Part shown: positions 18,701-27,208 of the stretch, one piece after another
Layout: each line of letters starts with the position of its first letter
How positions within the stretch are numbered: the stretch's first letter is position 1
Assembly: GCA_041741415.1 (NCBI GenBank)
Contig: JBGSKC010000032.1
Coordinates: forward strand, 20,446-84,445
From: Bacteroidia bacterium
GTDB taxonomy: Bacteria > Bacteroidota > Bacteroidia > J057
Reading direction: 5' to 3'
Length of the DNA: 64,000 nucleotides
The notes under the pieces: model-generated
Told to the model about the DNA's origin: nothing
Databases searched by the model: none
The model's input: the letters and a program-made list of their open reading frames with translations, nothing else
Translations under genes and position numbers: made by a program

Positions 18701-19078
18701 AGCCACCCCGAGCGCTGTGATCACAACGTCGTCGAGCTGGGTTTCTTCCTCGCTCAGGCTGATTGTGAAGGTAGTCTTTCCAGCCACAGCAATGGTCTGG
18801 GTAGCATACCCGATGTAAGTTACCACCAGGCTGTCTGCGCTGGCAGGAGCCTGAAGGGTCCATGAACCTTCCTCGCCGGCAATGGCACCATTGCGGGTAC
18901 CTTTCACCACCACGTTGGCACCAGCCAAACCCTGGTTGGTGGCAGCATCGAGGACCGTTCCGCTGAGGGTCCGGGTCTGACCCATCAGGTCAGTGCCCAT
19001 CATAGCGAAGCACCCGAAAAGCGCCAGCAGGAGGCCTCTTTGCAGGTAGTTCTTTGTCTGAAGTAAAGCCTTCTTCAT
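15758..19078 (-). CDS. SusC/RagA-family TonB-linked outer-membrane transporter
   Basis: MKKALLQ... signal, a carboxypeptidase-regulatory-like N-terminal domain (LSGTVLDAATNQGLAGANVVVKGTRNG), a plug (DIEAISVLKGANASALYGSRGANGVILITTK) and a C-terminal barrel ending in NLNLNF. Start set at the ATG at 19078. Confidence 0.95.
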   Translation of the reverse strand: MKKALLQTKNYLQRGLLLALFGCFAMMGTDLMGQTRTLSGTVLDAATNQGLAGANVVVKGTRNGAIAGEEGSWTLQAPASADSLVVTYIGYATQTIAVAGKTTFTISLSEEETQLDDVVITALGVARDEKALGYAIQTVQGNQLTQARETNLVNALAGKVAGVQVVGTPSGIGSSARITIRGDKSLNINGNQPLFVVDGVPILNDFVGSSGRGRQDADYGNLAAVVNPDDIEAISVLKGANASALYGSRGANGVILITTKSGRGAKGLGVSINSTVSFETPLVLPEYQNQYGQGLGGEFSFVDGSGGGLRDGVDESWGPAFDASLLVPQYDSPRRYLNGTTSDFRGADLNSVDADGNLVRDVTEIVPTPFIARPDNVRDFFETGVTLTNNVSISGGNQMSNFRLSYTNLSQKGMVPNTDLLRNTVAFSGGIQPTDKLSVRTVINYVKSDSDNRPNNSYGTENIMYLFNCWLGRSVDLSSSEEYWQRGQEGLSQFGFNYNYHDNPYFNLYENTNGQYADRLFGNVVVKYDFTDWLNIQLRSATDYNSELRTRRRAFSTQRFPFGSYGEERIILEERNTDFLVNFNRGFGDLKLNLSAGANRMDRNYDFLETFAGQLLIPGIYNFGNSRVELQNSLFKSSKRINSVYGFAELSFRNSIFLDLTARNDWSSTLPLDNNSYFYPSASLSVVLSDLMKMPEWVSFAKLRTGLAQVGNDTDPYQLTQVFNAGTPFGTNRVYSESSRLVNPELKPEISTSFEVGADVRFFLGRVGLDVTYYNIASRNQIIGIPLSGTTGYSQKLINAGEVRNYGIEAMLNVIPVQTAGGFTWEMNFNFSANRSEVVELTDEISSYIMADRYLTVEARVGERMGSMYGIGYQRVEDENSEHFGEIILNSQGRPIATTERILLGNYNPDFLLGVYNTFSFKGLNIGALFDMRQGGIIYSHTQTVGREGGQIIETLEGRANGYDLSVEGNGVYFPGVYASTGANGEVVYLPNDPAQNPAARELTAREYHTAITLGRRITEGMVYDASFVKLREIQIGYTLPNALMAKTPFRNVNISAVGRNLFVWSEVPHVDPETASVSGGTIIPGVESVALPSARSYGFNLNLNF

Positions 19079-19524
19079 AAGGGTTTTTGAGAAAAAATGA
19101 GTGTGAAAAGGGCACAACAAATTCACCCTGCTTTTTGACAAAAAACAGGCGTGACACCAGATCGAAAATTTCGACCAGTTCTATGTTTGCTTTTACCCCA
19201 CAAAGATGATCTCAATAAATTCGCCGCTATGTCGGTCAGGGTCAATTTTTCTTTAACGCTTTGTTAAGTTCAGTTTCAAGTACAAGTAATTGAAAATCAA
19301 AAAATTAACCTTCAAATCCTTCTCCCTTATCATTCTCCGTTTAACCTCTCCTCTCCCCTCTTCTTAACATCGGTTCCTCAACAGGTCAATGAGGTGTTTC
19401 CGCAAGATGAATGGAATGTTAAGCGGAAATCGGACTTCCCAACTGCCAACAGCTACTTCCCAGCCGAACCCCGACCGGGAAAGCACAGACGCAGGAGCTG
19501 GCAACAAGCAAGTTCTGCAATGGG

Positions 19525-20805
19525 TCAGTAGGCTCCGATCAGGGCCTGGGTCATGGCAGGAAAATCGAGGTTGAGCTGGCCGGAAGTGGCCAGCACAGCC
19601 TCGCGCCAGGGAGCAGGCAGGGCCGCCGCACCGTGCAAGGCACCCAGCACAGCCCCCGCCATGGCAGCAGAGGTGTCATTGTCGCGACCGAAGTTCACGA
19701 TAAACGGAAGGGTTTCCTCCGCCTGAAAATCTCCCATCAGCAGCCCGGCGAGGGTCACCAGCCAGATTTCGTCGGGGTGAAACGGGCTTCTGCGCAGCTC
19801 CATGTCCAGCAAATGATAGGCTGTTCCCCAACTGGCATAGCGCTGGCGCTCTTCCGGTGTCGTCGTCGGCAGTGCCAGCCGCACCAGCGGTTCTTTGGTT
19901 GCGAAGTACGCATCGGCATCGGCCTCTCTTGCCTGCTTCGTGATCCACAAGGCAGTTTGATAGATCCGGTAGGCTGTCCGGCCAATCAGCCTGCTGGGGA
20001 AATAGCCCTTCGGGTCCACCGACCGGATCACGCCCAGCACAGAATCGGCGTTGGCGTCAGGGACGCAGGCTGCGGCAACCATGGCTGCCAGCAATCCGGT
20101 GATGTCGCGGGCATAGCCAATGTCGTAAATGTCCATCCGGTAGGCCACTTCATAGGCCCTGAGCGGATCGCCGGGATAGCGAAGGCCCACTGCCGGGGCA
20201 TAAATCATCCCTGCACAAACCATTTCACCGCCATAAAACCGGTGCAGGTTTTCCTGATAAAGATCGTGATCTCCAGCAAGCCAGGGCCTGGCCACTTTGG
20301 CCCATTCCCGTAGCCAGTGGGCATGACGAAGGTCTTGCTCATAGGGCTCTGTTTCCACGCTGGTTTGGGCGCGGAGGCGGGCAAGGGCCGAATCATGCTC
20401 CTGCACAATGACCATGGCCAGGGCCCTCGCCGGGTCCGGATCCTGCGGAGCAGTCAGGGCTTTGACAAGCAGTTGCTTCCAGCGGGTGTCATCTGTTGTT
20501 CCACCGGCTGGCAGGTTCCAGGCCCAGGTGCCTTCGGCGGAGGGTTCCCGCACCATGTCGTCGAGGCCGGAAACATGGCCATACTCGGCCTGTATGCCCT
20601 CGCGCGACCACATTTCGGTAGGGGCTCCCATTGCATCGCCAATGGCCGAGCCGAGCAATCCGCCCAGCAGCCGGTCGCGGAGTTGGTCTTCTGTCATGTC
20701 GGGTGGAGTAAAGGAGTCATCAGGAGCTACGACTGACTTGCATCCGGGGAGGAAGAGCAGGGCGGTCATGGCCAGTGCTGAGAAAAAAACGCGACGGATT
20801 TCCAT
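19525..20805 (-). CDS. exported ADP-ribosylglycohydrolase-family lipoprotein
   Basis: MEIRRVFFSALAMTALLFLPGC lipobox. ARH motifs LLGSAIGDAMGAPTEMW, GGTTDDTRW and FGRDNDTSAAMAGAVLGALHGAAALP are present. The Met/Arg-rich upstream extension in the ORF track is an out-of-frame reading of the neighbour's acidic tail. Confidence 0.85.
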   Translation of the reverse strand: MEIRRVFFSALAMTALLFLPGCKSVVAPDDSFTPPDMTEDQLRDRLLGGLLGSAIGDAMGAPTEMWSREGIQAEYGHVSGLDDMVREPSAEGTWAWNLPAGGTTDDTRWKQLLVKALTAPQDPDPARALAMVIVQEHDSALARLRAQTSVETEPYEQDLRHAHWLREWAKVARPWLAGDHDLYQENLHRFYGGEMVCAGMIYAPAVGLRYPGDPLRAYEVAYRMDIYDIGYARDITGLLAAMVAAACVPDANADSVLGVIRSVDPKGYFPSRLIGRTAYRIYQTALWITKQAREADADAYFATKEPLVRLALPTTTPEERQRYASWGTAYHLLDMELRRSPFHPDEIWLVTLAGLLMGDFQAEETLPFIVNFGRDNDTSAAMAGAVLGALHGAAALPAPWREAVLATSGQLNLDFPAMTQALIGAY

Positions 20806-20836
20806 ACAAACAGGTGTCTCGGGGTTTTTGAGGAGC

Positions 20837-22270
20837 TCAATCATCGTCTTTTTCGATGTCATCCTCATCATCATCCTCCTCATCGTACTCTTCCTCATCA
20901 TCAAAATCCTCCTCATACATGTCCGGCCCGTCCTCCGGGTTCAGGCCCAGTGCATTCATGGAAGTAGCCGCGAACACAAGATTGGCCTTTGTGAGGTTAA
21001 ATAAAAATGGATTGTAGAGGCTGCGGGTGTCTTCTCCTTCTGCCAGCTTTTGAGAAATGGCAATGGCGTATTCGTTCCAATCTTTTGGACCTATTCTTTC
21101 AAGAGGGGCATTGCCCATTCCTTCCAGAATGGCGGGGCATTTTTCCACCTCTTCGGGCGTTTGAACGGCGAGCAATTCCAGGCGAATATGCCAGGGGTCC
21201 TGGTAAAAATAATCGTAGCGGATCGTGTCTCCGGGTTGCTGCAGCAAATCGTTGAGCTGGTAGCCAATGTGGGAGTAGCTTGTGCTGTCGAGGTCTTCGG
21301 TTGCAACGAAATCCTTGCCCAGATAGCTGTCATTCCCCTTCTGAAAGGCCCATAGATAGAGGTCATCAAATAGGAAAGCGCCCTGCAGGATGGTGTGAAC
21401 ATCGCTGAGTGGCATGATGGAGGGGATGTTGAACACCCGCCAGATGGGCACATTCGGCAAATCCTCCACCGTTGCCCGGATTATATAAAACATCCCGGCG
21501 TTGGGCAGCAGCACTTCGGTAAAGTCGTTCTGGTCGCGGTAGTCATACCAGGTTTCGAGCAAAAACCTGTAGCCACTGGTGTCGCGGCTCCAGTATTCGC
21601 CAACCACCTTGGCCAGGTTGATGGCTTCTTCGCGTGACCCCACCCGGACATAGGTCGGAGTTTGCCAGCTGATGATCAGTTCCAGGTCTAAATAGCGTGG
21701 AAAAAAGGAATTAGCCTGAAAAGCCTGATGCAGAATGTGAATGGTCTGCAGGGAATCGCCGAATTTTCTGAACCAGGCCAGGGCCTTGAGGTAAAGCCAC
21801 CCGGCATCTTTTTCTTCGGGGAATCGCTCGAACAGCTTCATCAGCTTGCCGTCCTGCCCCTGGTCGATGTACAGCCTGGCGAGTTCTTCGCGGGCGCCCC
21901 GTGTATCGTTTTGGTCGATCTGGACAATTTTTTCGAACAGCTCAATTGTTTCTTCCAGCAACCCGAGGTCGAAGAGCTTCACTGCCAGCGTGGTGATGGT
22001 GCTGAGGTAGGCCATGGTTTCGGGGTGATCCTGATAGGCCCCTTCCCAGTCTGGCCAGGTGGACTTCATGGCAGCTTCGTCTATTTTGCTGGCCTGGCGA
22101 AGATAAAAGACCGCCATTTCCGGATCATCTGCGAGGTGCGACAGCTCTTTGTAGGCCTCCGAATGGGCCGGATCCAGTTTCACCACCTGTTTGAGCGCCT
22201 TGACAGCAAGGTCGGCGGGCATTTTGCGGGATTTTTCGAACAGTTGTGTTGCTTCTGCCTTGTTCGTCAT
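20837..22270 (-). CDS. helical-repeat (TPR-like) protein with a pRiA4b ORF-3-like domain and poly-acidic C-terminal tail
   Basis: The C-terminal half has IYIIRATVEDLPNVPIWRVFNIPSIMPLSDVHTILQGAF...IRYDYFYQDPWHIRLELLAVQ, which matches the pRiA4b ORF-3-like core (PIWR...LH...YxYDFGDxWxH). The tail is EEDFDDEEEYDEEDDDEDDIEKDDD. Confidence 0.7.
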   Translation of the reverse strand: MTNKAEATQLFEKSRKMPADLAVKALKQVVKLDPAHSEAYKELSHLADDPEMAVFYLRQASKIDEAAMKSTWPDWEGAYQDHPETMAYLSTITTLAVKLFDLGLLEETIELFEKIVQIDQNDTRGAREELARLYIDQGQDGKLMKLFERFPEEKDAGWLYLKALAWFRKFGDSLQTIHILHQAFQANSFFPRYLDLELIISWQTPTYVRVGSREEAINLAKVVGEYWSRDTSGYRFLLETWYDYRDQNDFTEVLLPNAGMFYIIRATVEDLPNVPIWRVFNIPSIMPLSDVHTILQGAFLFDDLYLWAFQKGNDSYLGKDFVATEDLDSTSYSHIGYQLNDLLQQPGDTIRYDYFYQDPWHIRLELLAVQTPEEVEKCPAILEGMGNAPLERIGPKDWNEYAIAISQKLAEGEDTRSLYNPFLFNLTKANLVFAATSMNALGLNPEDGPDMYEEDFDDEEEYDEEDDDEDDIEKDDD

Positions 22271-22317
22271 GGCTTGAAGGGTTGATTGAAAAGGGATCCG
22301 GCGTCCGGAACAAGTTC

Positions 22318-22866
22318 CTACCTGCAGGAAAGTTGCCCATTTGGCTGGTCCCTGTTGAGCCGGGCACTGGTGAGGTTACCGGCACAATGAAGGTGAACAA
22401 TGTTTTCCTGTGTGTCAAATGTTTCTAAAAATAGCCTGTTTATCAGGTCAATTTCCGGGAAACGAGCCACCTGCCTGGCTTCGAGGTACAAAAAGGTGAC
22501 GTCATTTTCCACTTCCTTGCCCAGCCAGTGAAAGGTCCATGGCTGGTTGTCGAGCCGCCAGCTCAGCTTGCTGTCGAGGTAAGTAGCCACCCGGCGGTTG
22601 GCCTCCGGGTGTTCTGTGGCCGAGCCCAGGTCGAGCCGAGGCGCCCCCTGGGCCCGAAGGACTGTTTCCAAGTCGTCAGTAAATACCCGGATCGTGACAC
22701 CCAGCAATTGCTCCTCCGGCAAATACTCCACATCGGTGACGCTCAGATAAAAAGGATGGGCAGCAGGACCCAATCCAGTCAGCGCTAGCAGCAGGGTCCA
22801 GGCAAATGCAACTCCGGTATTGCGCAGCCTTGCGCGGAAGCGTATCTTCATCGGCTTGTTTTTCAT
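22318..22866 (-). CDS. secreted hypothetical protein, DUF6702-like
   Basis: Signal peptide, then AHPFYLSVTDVEY...IRVFTDDLE, which resembles my memory of a Bacteroidota-specific DUF (H.h.hS....e.). The assignment is tentative. Confidence 0.5.
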   Translation of the reverse strand: MKNKPMKIRFRARLRNTGVAFAWTLLLALTGLGPAAHPFYLSVTDVEYLPEEQLLGVTIRVFTDDLETVLRAQGAPRLDLGSATEHPEANRRVATYLDSKLSWRLDNQPWTFHWLGKEVENDVTFLYLEARQVARFPEIDLINRLFLETFDTQENIVHLHCAGNLTSARLNRDQPNGQLSCR

Positions 22867-22902
22867 GAGCCCAAATTACCACTGCTTCCTGAAAGCTTCC
22901 GC

Positions 22903-24819
22903 ATGAGCAGCCACAGCCCGATCGAAATTTTACAGCAATACTGGGGCTATGCCTCCTTTCGCCCGCTGCAGGAAGACATCGTGCAGACGGTTGCCAATGG
23001 CCAGGACACCCTGGCCCTGCTGCCCACCGGCGGCGGCAAATCCATCTGCTTTCAGGTGCCGGGCCTCATGCTCGAAGGCCTGACCCTCGTGGTGTCGCCG
23101 CTCATTTCGCTCATGAAAGACCAGGTAGAGCGCCTCCAGCGCCTCGGCATCGCCGCCACTGCCATCACGAGCGACCTCAATACCTATGACATGGACCGCC
23201 GCCTTCAGGCAGCCATGGACGGGAAATACCGCTTCCTTTACGTTTCACCCGAGCGCCTCAAGTCGGACATGTTTCGCATGCGGCTGCCAGCCATGCCGGT
23301 GCGGCTCCTGGCAGTTGATGAGGCCCACTGCATCTCGCAGTGGGGCCACGACTTCCGGCCTGCCTACCGCGACATCGCCGACATTCGCCAGGTACATCCG
23401 CGCATTCCCATCATTGCCCTCACCGCTTCTGCTACCCGGCAAGTGCAGGAAGACATCATCCGGCAACTTGGCCTGCGAAAGGTGAAACAGTTTACCCAGT
23501 CTTTTGCCCGACCCAACCTCCGCTATTTCGTGCTGGAAGAGGCCAGGGTGCTGGAACGCATCATCGAAATTGCCCGGCGAACACAAGGCACCGGCATCGT
23601 GTATGCACGCACGCGCAAGGCCACCGAAGAGCTGGCTGAACACCTTCTCAAAGCAGGCATCCAGGCGGCGGCATACCACGGCGGGCTCACCAGTTCGCAG
23701 CGCCACCACACACAAAGCCAGTGGCAGGAGGGCCAGATTAGGGTTGTGGCAGCCACCAACGCCTTTGGCATGGGCATCGACAAACCCGATGTGCGGTTTG
23801 TGTTGCATTATCACCTTCCTTCCGACCTCGAAAGCTATTACCAGGAAGCAGGAAGGGGAGGCCGTGATGGAAAAACGGCCCTGGCCATTGCTTTCCTGAA
23901 CCCTGCAGACCTCCACACCCTGGAGCGATGGGTTTCGCAGCAACACCCCAGCTTTGAGGAGGTGCAGCATGTATATCAATTGATTGCCAACGAATATCAC
24001 CTCACCCGCGAAGCACCCGCCCCCGAGCCCAGGTTGCTAGACGTGGCGGGCCTGGCCAAAAAAATCAATCACACGCCTGTTTCGCTGTACCGTTCTCTTC
24101 ACATTTTGCATCAGGAAGGCCTGATCGACATGAGCGATGACCGCGACGACTATGCCTACGTGCAGGTGATGCTGAGTCCGGCCGACTTTTGGGCCTACAA
24201 GCAGCGGAACCCTGGGATGGAGCGGTTTCTGGATTTTTTGCTCAGAACCCTGGGCGGGGAGGTATATGTGAGAGAAACGCGTTTTTTGCCCTACCACTGG
24301 CAGGAAAAATTGCAGATCGAACCCTCGCAGTGGGAAAATCTGATTCAACGGCTCACCCAGCAGAAAGTAATCCGGTATCAGCCGCCGAGGGCTCAACCCA
24401 CGATCCGGTTTTTTATCGGGCGGCAACTTCTAAGTAAGGAGCTGCTGAACTGGCCTCGATATGAATTCCTGAAGGAAGAATCTGAGCGAAAGCTCCAGGC
24501 CATGCTGGCCTATGCCCGGCGACAGGATGCGTGCCGCAGCCAGTTGATTTCCAGCTATTTCGGGGAGAAAAACCCGGCAGCCTGCGGCGTTTGCGACGTG
24601 TGCATCGGGCGCTACAAAAGCGAAGTTGGCGACAAAGAATACCAACAGATCGAACAGGCGCTCAAAGCACGCCTTCTGCAGGGAAGAATTGAATACAGAG
24701 CCTTGCTGCGCGAGGTGAGAACCGGCACGCTGGCGCAGCGGGAGAAAATTTTGCGTTACCTGCTGGACAAAGGCAGCGTGAAAGTGGACGAAGATGGCCT
24801 GCTTTTTCTGCCAAAATGA
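22903..24819 (+). CDS. RecQ-family ATP-dependent DNA helicase (short form, no HRDC domain)
   Basis: LQQYWGYASFRPLQEDIV, PTGGGKSICFQVP, DEAHCISQWGHDFRPAY, a RecQ zinc-binding Cys cluster (C.....C.VCDVC); 638 aa. Confidence 0.9.
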   Translation: MSSHSPIEILQQYWGYASFRPLQEDIVQTVANGQDTLALLPTGGGKSICFQVPGLMLEGLTLVVSPLISLMKDQVERLQRLGIAATAITSDLNTYDMDRRLQAAMDGKYRFLYVSPERLKSDMFRMRLPAMPVRLLAVDEAHCISQWGHDFRPAYRDIADIRQVHPRIPIIALTASATRQVQEDIIRQLGLRKVKQFTQSFARPNLRYFVLEEARVLERIIEIARRTQGTGIVYARTRKATEELAEHLLKAGIQAAAYHGGLTSSQRHHTQSQWQEGQIRVVAATNAFGMGIDKPDVRFVLHYHLPSDLESYYQEAGRGGRDGKTALAIAFLNPADLHTLERWVSQQHPSFEEVQHVYQLIANEYHLTREAPAPEPRLLDVAGLAKKINHTPVSLYRSLHILHQEGLIDMSDDRDDYAYVQVMLSPADFWAYKQRNPGMERFLDFLLRTLGGEVYVRETRFLPYHWQEKLQIEPSQWENLIQRLTQQKVIRYQPPRAQPTIRFFIGRQLLSKELLNWPRYEFLKEESERKLQAMLAYARRQDACRSQLISSYFGEKNPAACGVCDVCIGRYKSEVGDKEYQQIEQALKARLLQGRIEYRALLREVRTGTLAQREKILRYLLDKGSVKVDEDGLLFLPK

Positions 24820-24908
24820 CCAGTAAGGGAGCAGGCTCCTGCCATCTGGGCAGCTTTGGGGATTCGGCACTTCATTCGCAACAAAGTGAATATTGATTAT
24901 TCAACCCC

Positions 24909-25397
24909 ATGAAACTGACACGCTTTCACTCCCTGCCTTCCTCCGACGCCGAAGAACTTGTTACCCAACTCGACTCCCTGCTGCTTGATTATCAGGTGTA
25001 TGGGAACAATGTTCGCCGCCTTCACTGGGACCGCAAGCTGCGCCCCTGGCTTCATTTGACGCCTAAACTTCACCTGCTTGACCGCAGCACCCAGGAAAAC
25101 ACCAGGCAGATCGCAGAACAACTCCTTGCCATGGGCCACACGCCCAGCATACCTGATGCGCAGTTTGCCCTGGTAAGAAGCAAGGTGCAACCCATGCTGG
25201 CAGCTGATACTCCCAATGAAGCGATTACAGCCCTCATCCGGAGTACCTATGAATTGCTGGACCAGGTTCACGCCGTGTGGCAACTTGCCAATTCTATTCA
25301 GGAACCAGCCACCATGCAAATTCTCGGCAACCTGGCCATGCAGCTTCGCTTTGTGATCCACGTGTTTCAGGGTTCCCGTTCTGTGATGAACAATTAA
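24909..25397 (+). CDS. Dps-like / ferritin-superfamily four-helix-bundle protein (possibly degenerate)
   Basis: LDSLLLDYQVYGNNVRRLHWDRK...TRQIAEQLLAMGHTP lines up with the Dps pattern L..LLAd..vly.k...fHWnV.G...D.iAERi..lGg.P, but several metal-ligand positions look substituted. It lies 90 nt downstream of the RecQ-family gene on the same strand. Confidence 0.5.
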   Translation: MKLTRFHSLPSSDAEELVTQLDSLLLDYQVYGNNVRRLHWDRKLRPWLHLTPKLHLLDRSTQENTRQIAEQLLAMGHTPSIPDAQFALVRSKVQPMLAADTPNEAITALIRSTYELLDQVHAVWQLANSIQEPATMQILGNLAMQLRFVIHVFQGSRSVMNN

Positions 25398-25406
25398 GCT
25401 GGCCAA

Positions 25407-26543
25407 TCAGGCTACGGGTTGGCGAGGTGCCCATTTGATGATGCTCTCCACCACCTGTTCCCGTTTGACGGGCTTCCAGATAATGTCTTTCATGCCAACT
25501 TCGAGGCACTGTTCCTGAATTTCTGGTTCGGCGCTGCCTGTGAAAGCAATGATGACTGGCTGTTCCGACACAGGCAACTGCCTCAGGATTTCATAAGAAG
25601 CCTGAATGCCATCCATGATGGGCATTTGAATGTCCATGAAAATGAGGTCAAAACGCTCCTCCAGCGCCTTCTCCAGTGCCTCCCGGCCATTGCTTGCCAG
25701 GGCCACCTCGTATCCCGCCTTTTGGAAAAGCTTCATTACATACTTTTGATTGGCGGGGTGATCCTCTACCACCATGATTTTGGCGGGATATTGATCCGAT
25801 AACAGGCTTTCCAGCTTGTCCTCCTCGTGTGCTTTTTTGCCAAGTGCAGGAGCTGTTTCGGTGTTGTGGGGAACCTGCATTTTCAAATCCCTTACCACTT
25901 GCTGGTGGCTGCGCTGCGCCTCCTGAATAACCCCCCGGCGATGAGCATATTCAGAGAGAAAACTGAGCAAGGGCTTCATGATGAGAAAAGATTCCAGGAA
26001 AAAGACTGGACCCAGCATGAAAAGCAACAAATAGTGAAAGGTGGAAAGCCAGGACATGGTGTTCTGGTGCGAATTGGCCAGCAAAGCCTGATATTGGAGC
26101 AGGGCATTCTCCCAGGCCTGGCGCTTTTCACGGATTTGGGCGGGAGCAAGCCCGGCTTCTACAGTTTCTGCCGCCCTGAGACTTTTGATCATTTCCCTCA
26201 GCGCGGGATCTGCAGCAGCAAACAATTGTGCCTCCGCCTCGCTGGTTTCGTTCACAAACCCACGTCGGGCATCTCCTTTCTGAAGCGCTTCCCAGCCTTC
26301 TACCCACAAGGCAGCCAAATGGGCTCTTTCTTCCTCACCCGAAGCCTCTGCCAGCAATAACGAAGCTCTATAGGGCAGGTGCACCTGCTCCACCACCAGC
26401 CTGCTTTTGGCGACATAAGAGGCTGTCGATTGCCGGATCGTCCAGTGGGTCCAGCCAAGTGCAGCCAGTGTGATCAACCCCAGAAGCAGGACTATCCAAT
26501 GAAAAGAAAGCAAGCGCCTGGCCGAATGGGAGTGGATCGTCAT
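25407..26543 (-). CDS. membrane-anchored sensor-like domain fused to a response-regulator receiver (REC) domain
   Basis: TM1 (HWIVLLLGLITLAALGW), then about 130 aa of helical extracytoplasmic segment, then a TM2 region (LLLFMLGPVFFLESFLIM). The REC domain is KIMVVEDHPANQ...FDLIFMDIQMPIMDG...AFTG...KP. No kinase or DNA-binding domain is visible. Confidence 0.8.
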   Translation of the reverse strand: MTIHSHSARRLLSFHWIVLLLGLITLAALGWTHWTIRQSTASYVAKSRLVVEQVHLPYRASLLLAEASGEEERAHLAALWVEGWEALQKGDARRGFVNETSEAEAQLFAAADPALREMIKSLRAAETVEAGLAPAQIREKRQAWENALLQYQALLANSHQNTMSWLSTFHYLLLFMLGPVFFLESFLIMKPLLSFLSEYAHRRGVIQEAQRSHQQVVRDLKMQVPHNTETAPALGKKAHEEDKLESLLSDQYPAKIMVVEDHPANQKYVMKLFQKAGYEVALASNGREALEKALEERFDLIFMDIQMPIMDGIQASYEILRQLPVSEQPVIIAFTGSAEPEIQEQCLEVGMKDIIWKPVKREQVVESIIKWAPRQPVA

Positions 26544-27208
26544 GGAGTTTTCTGTTTAATTCAAAACTCAGAAAATACCACCGGATGAAAAAGGCTGTTT
26601 GGCCGGGTTTCTTTCGTTTCGGTCGCTGCCTGACCTCCATTTTGTCTTTTCCGATGTCAGAAGCGGGATGTCAGACGGGAGCGGGGTCATGGCGACGGAC
26701 AAGGCTGGCCGCCTGATGGCGAGCAGGCTGATTCATACAGGCCAGGCGGATGCCGAATACCCAACCACTGGATTGAAGATCTGAAAATCCGTACGTTTGG
26801 ATTGGTTTGAGTTTCCCAGGCGGCACCAGCACCAACGAAGTCCAGCCCCACGCAACGGTCTATCCCTCTTTCGTCATGGATAACCTCAGCTATCCCTACA
26901 CCGGAATATGACAGGATATGGTGACTATTTTTTGGCCTCTGTATTATTTCCACACGAAGATTTACGATTTTTATGTAGGGAAAGAAGATGATTTAGTCGC
27001 TCCTAAACAACCCCAAAATCGCCCCTCACAGCTAGTAAGCGCAGAAAAAGGGAGCCAAAACGCTGGGATATCCCCCGGAAATGTGCGATATTCAGGAGAA
27101 ATCCGGAGGACAGAACGATGGACTGAGCCTGCAAAACATCCCAATCAGTCGCAACACAAGGCTATACTCATCCTCTCCGGATCATCACCCCTTCAGAACT
27201 CACTGGCG

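Noticed and set aside
19142-19524. AT-rich 380-nt region upstream of susC, examined for a riboswitch, an invertible promoter or a -7 box
   Set aside because: I could identify no exact TAnnTTTG on the correct strand, no flanking inverted repeats and no conserved RNA motif. It is probably an ordinary promoter and leader region.
20806-20916. Met/Arg-rich N-terminal extension (MRRILMMRKSTMRRMMMRM...) of the ARH ORF
   Set aside because: It is the out-of-frame reading of the neighbouring gene's GAT/GAG-rich acidic tail. The lipoprotein signal begins at the ATG at 20805.
24897-25406. 169-aa minus-strand ORF almost exactly mirroring the Dps-like ORF
   Set aside because: The plus-strand reading aligns by eye with Dps helices and follows the RecQ-family gene on the same strand. 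The minus reading has no recognisable feature. The choice is still only moderately certain.
26708-26828. tRNA-like ends: GCCGCCT at 26708 can pair with AGGCGGC at 26818, which is followed by ACCA
   Set aside because: The span is 121 nt, I could find no T-loop (GTTCRAnYC) or D-loop consensus, and the same GC-rich 7-mer recurs nearby. More likely a chance or REP-type pairing.
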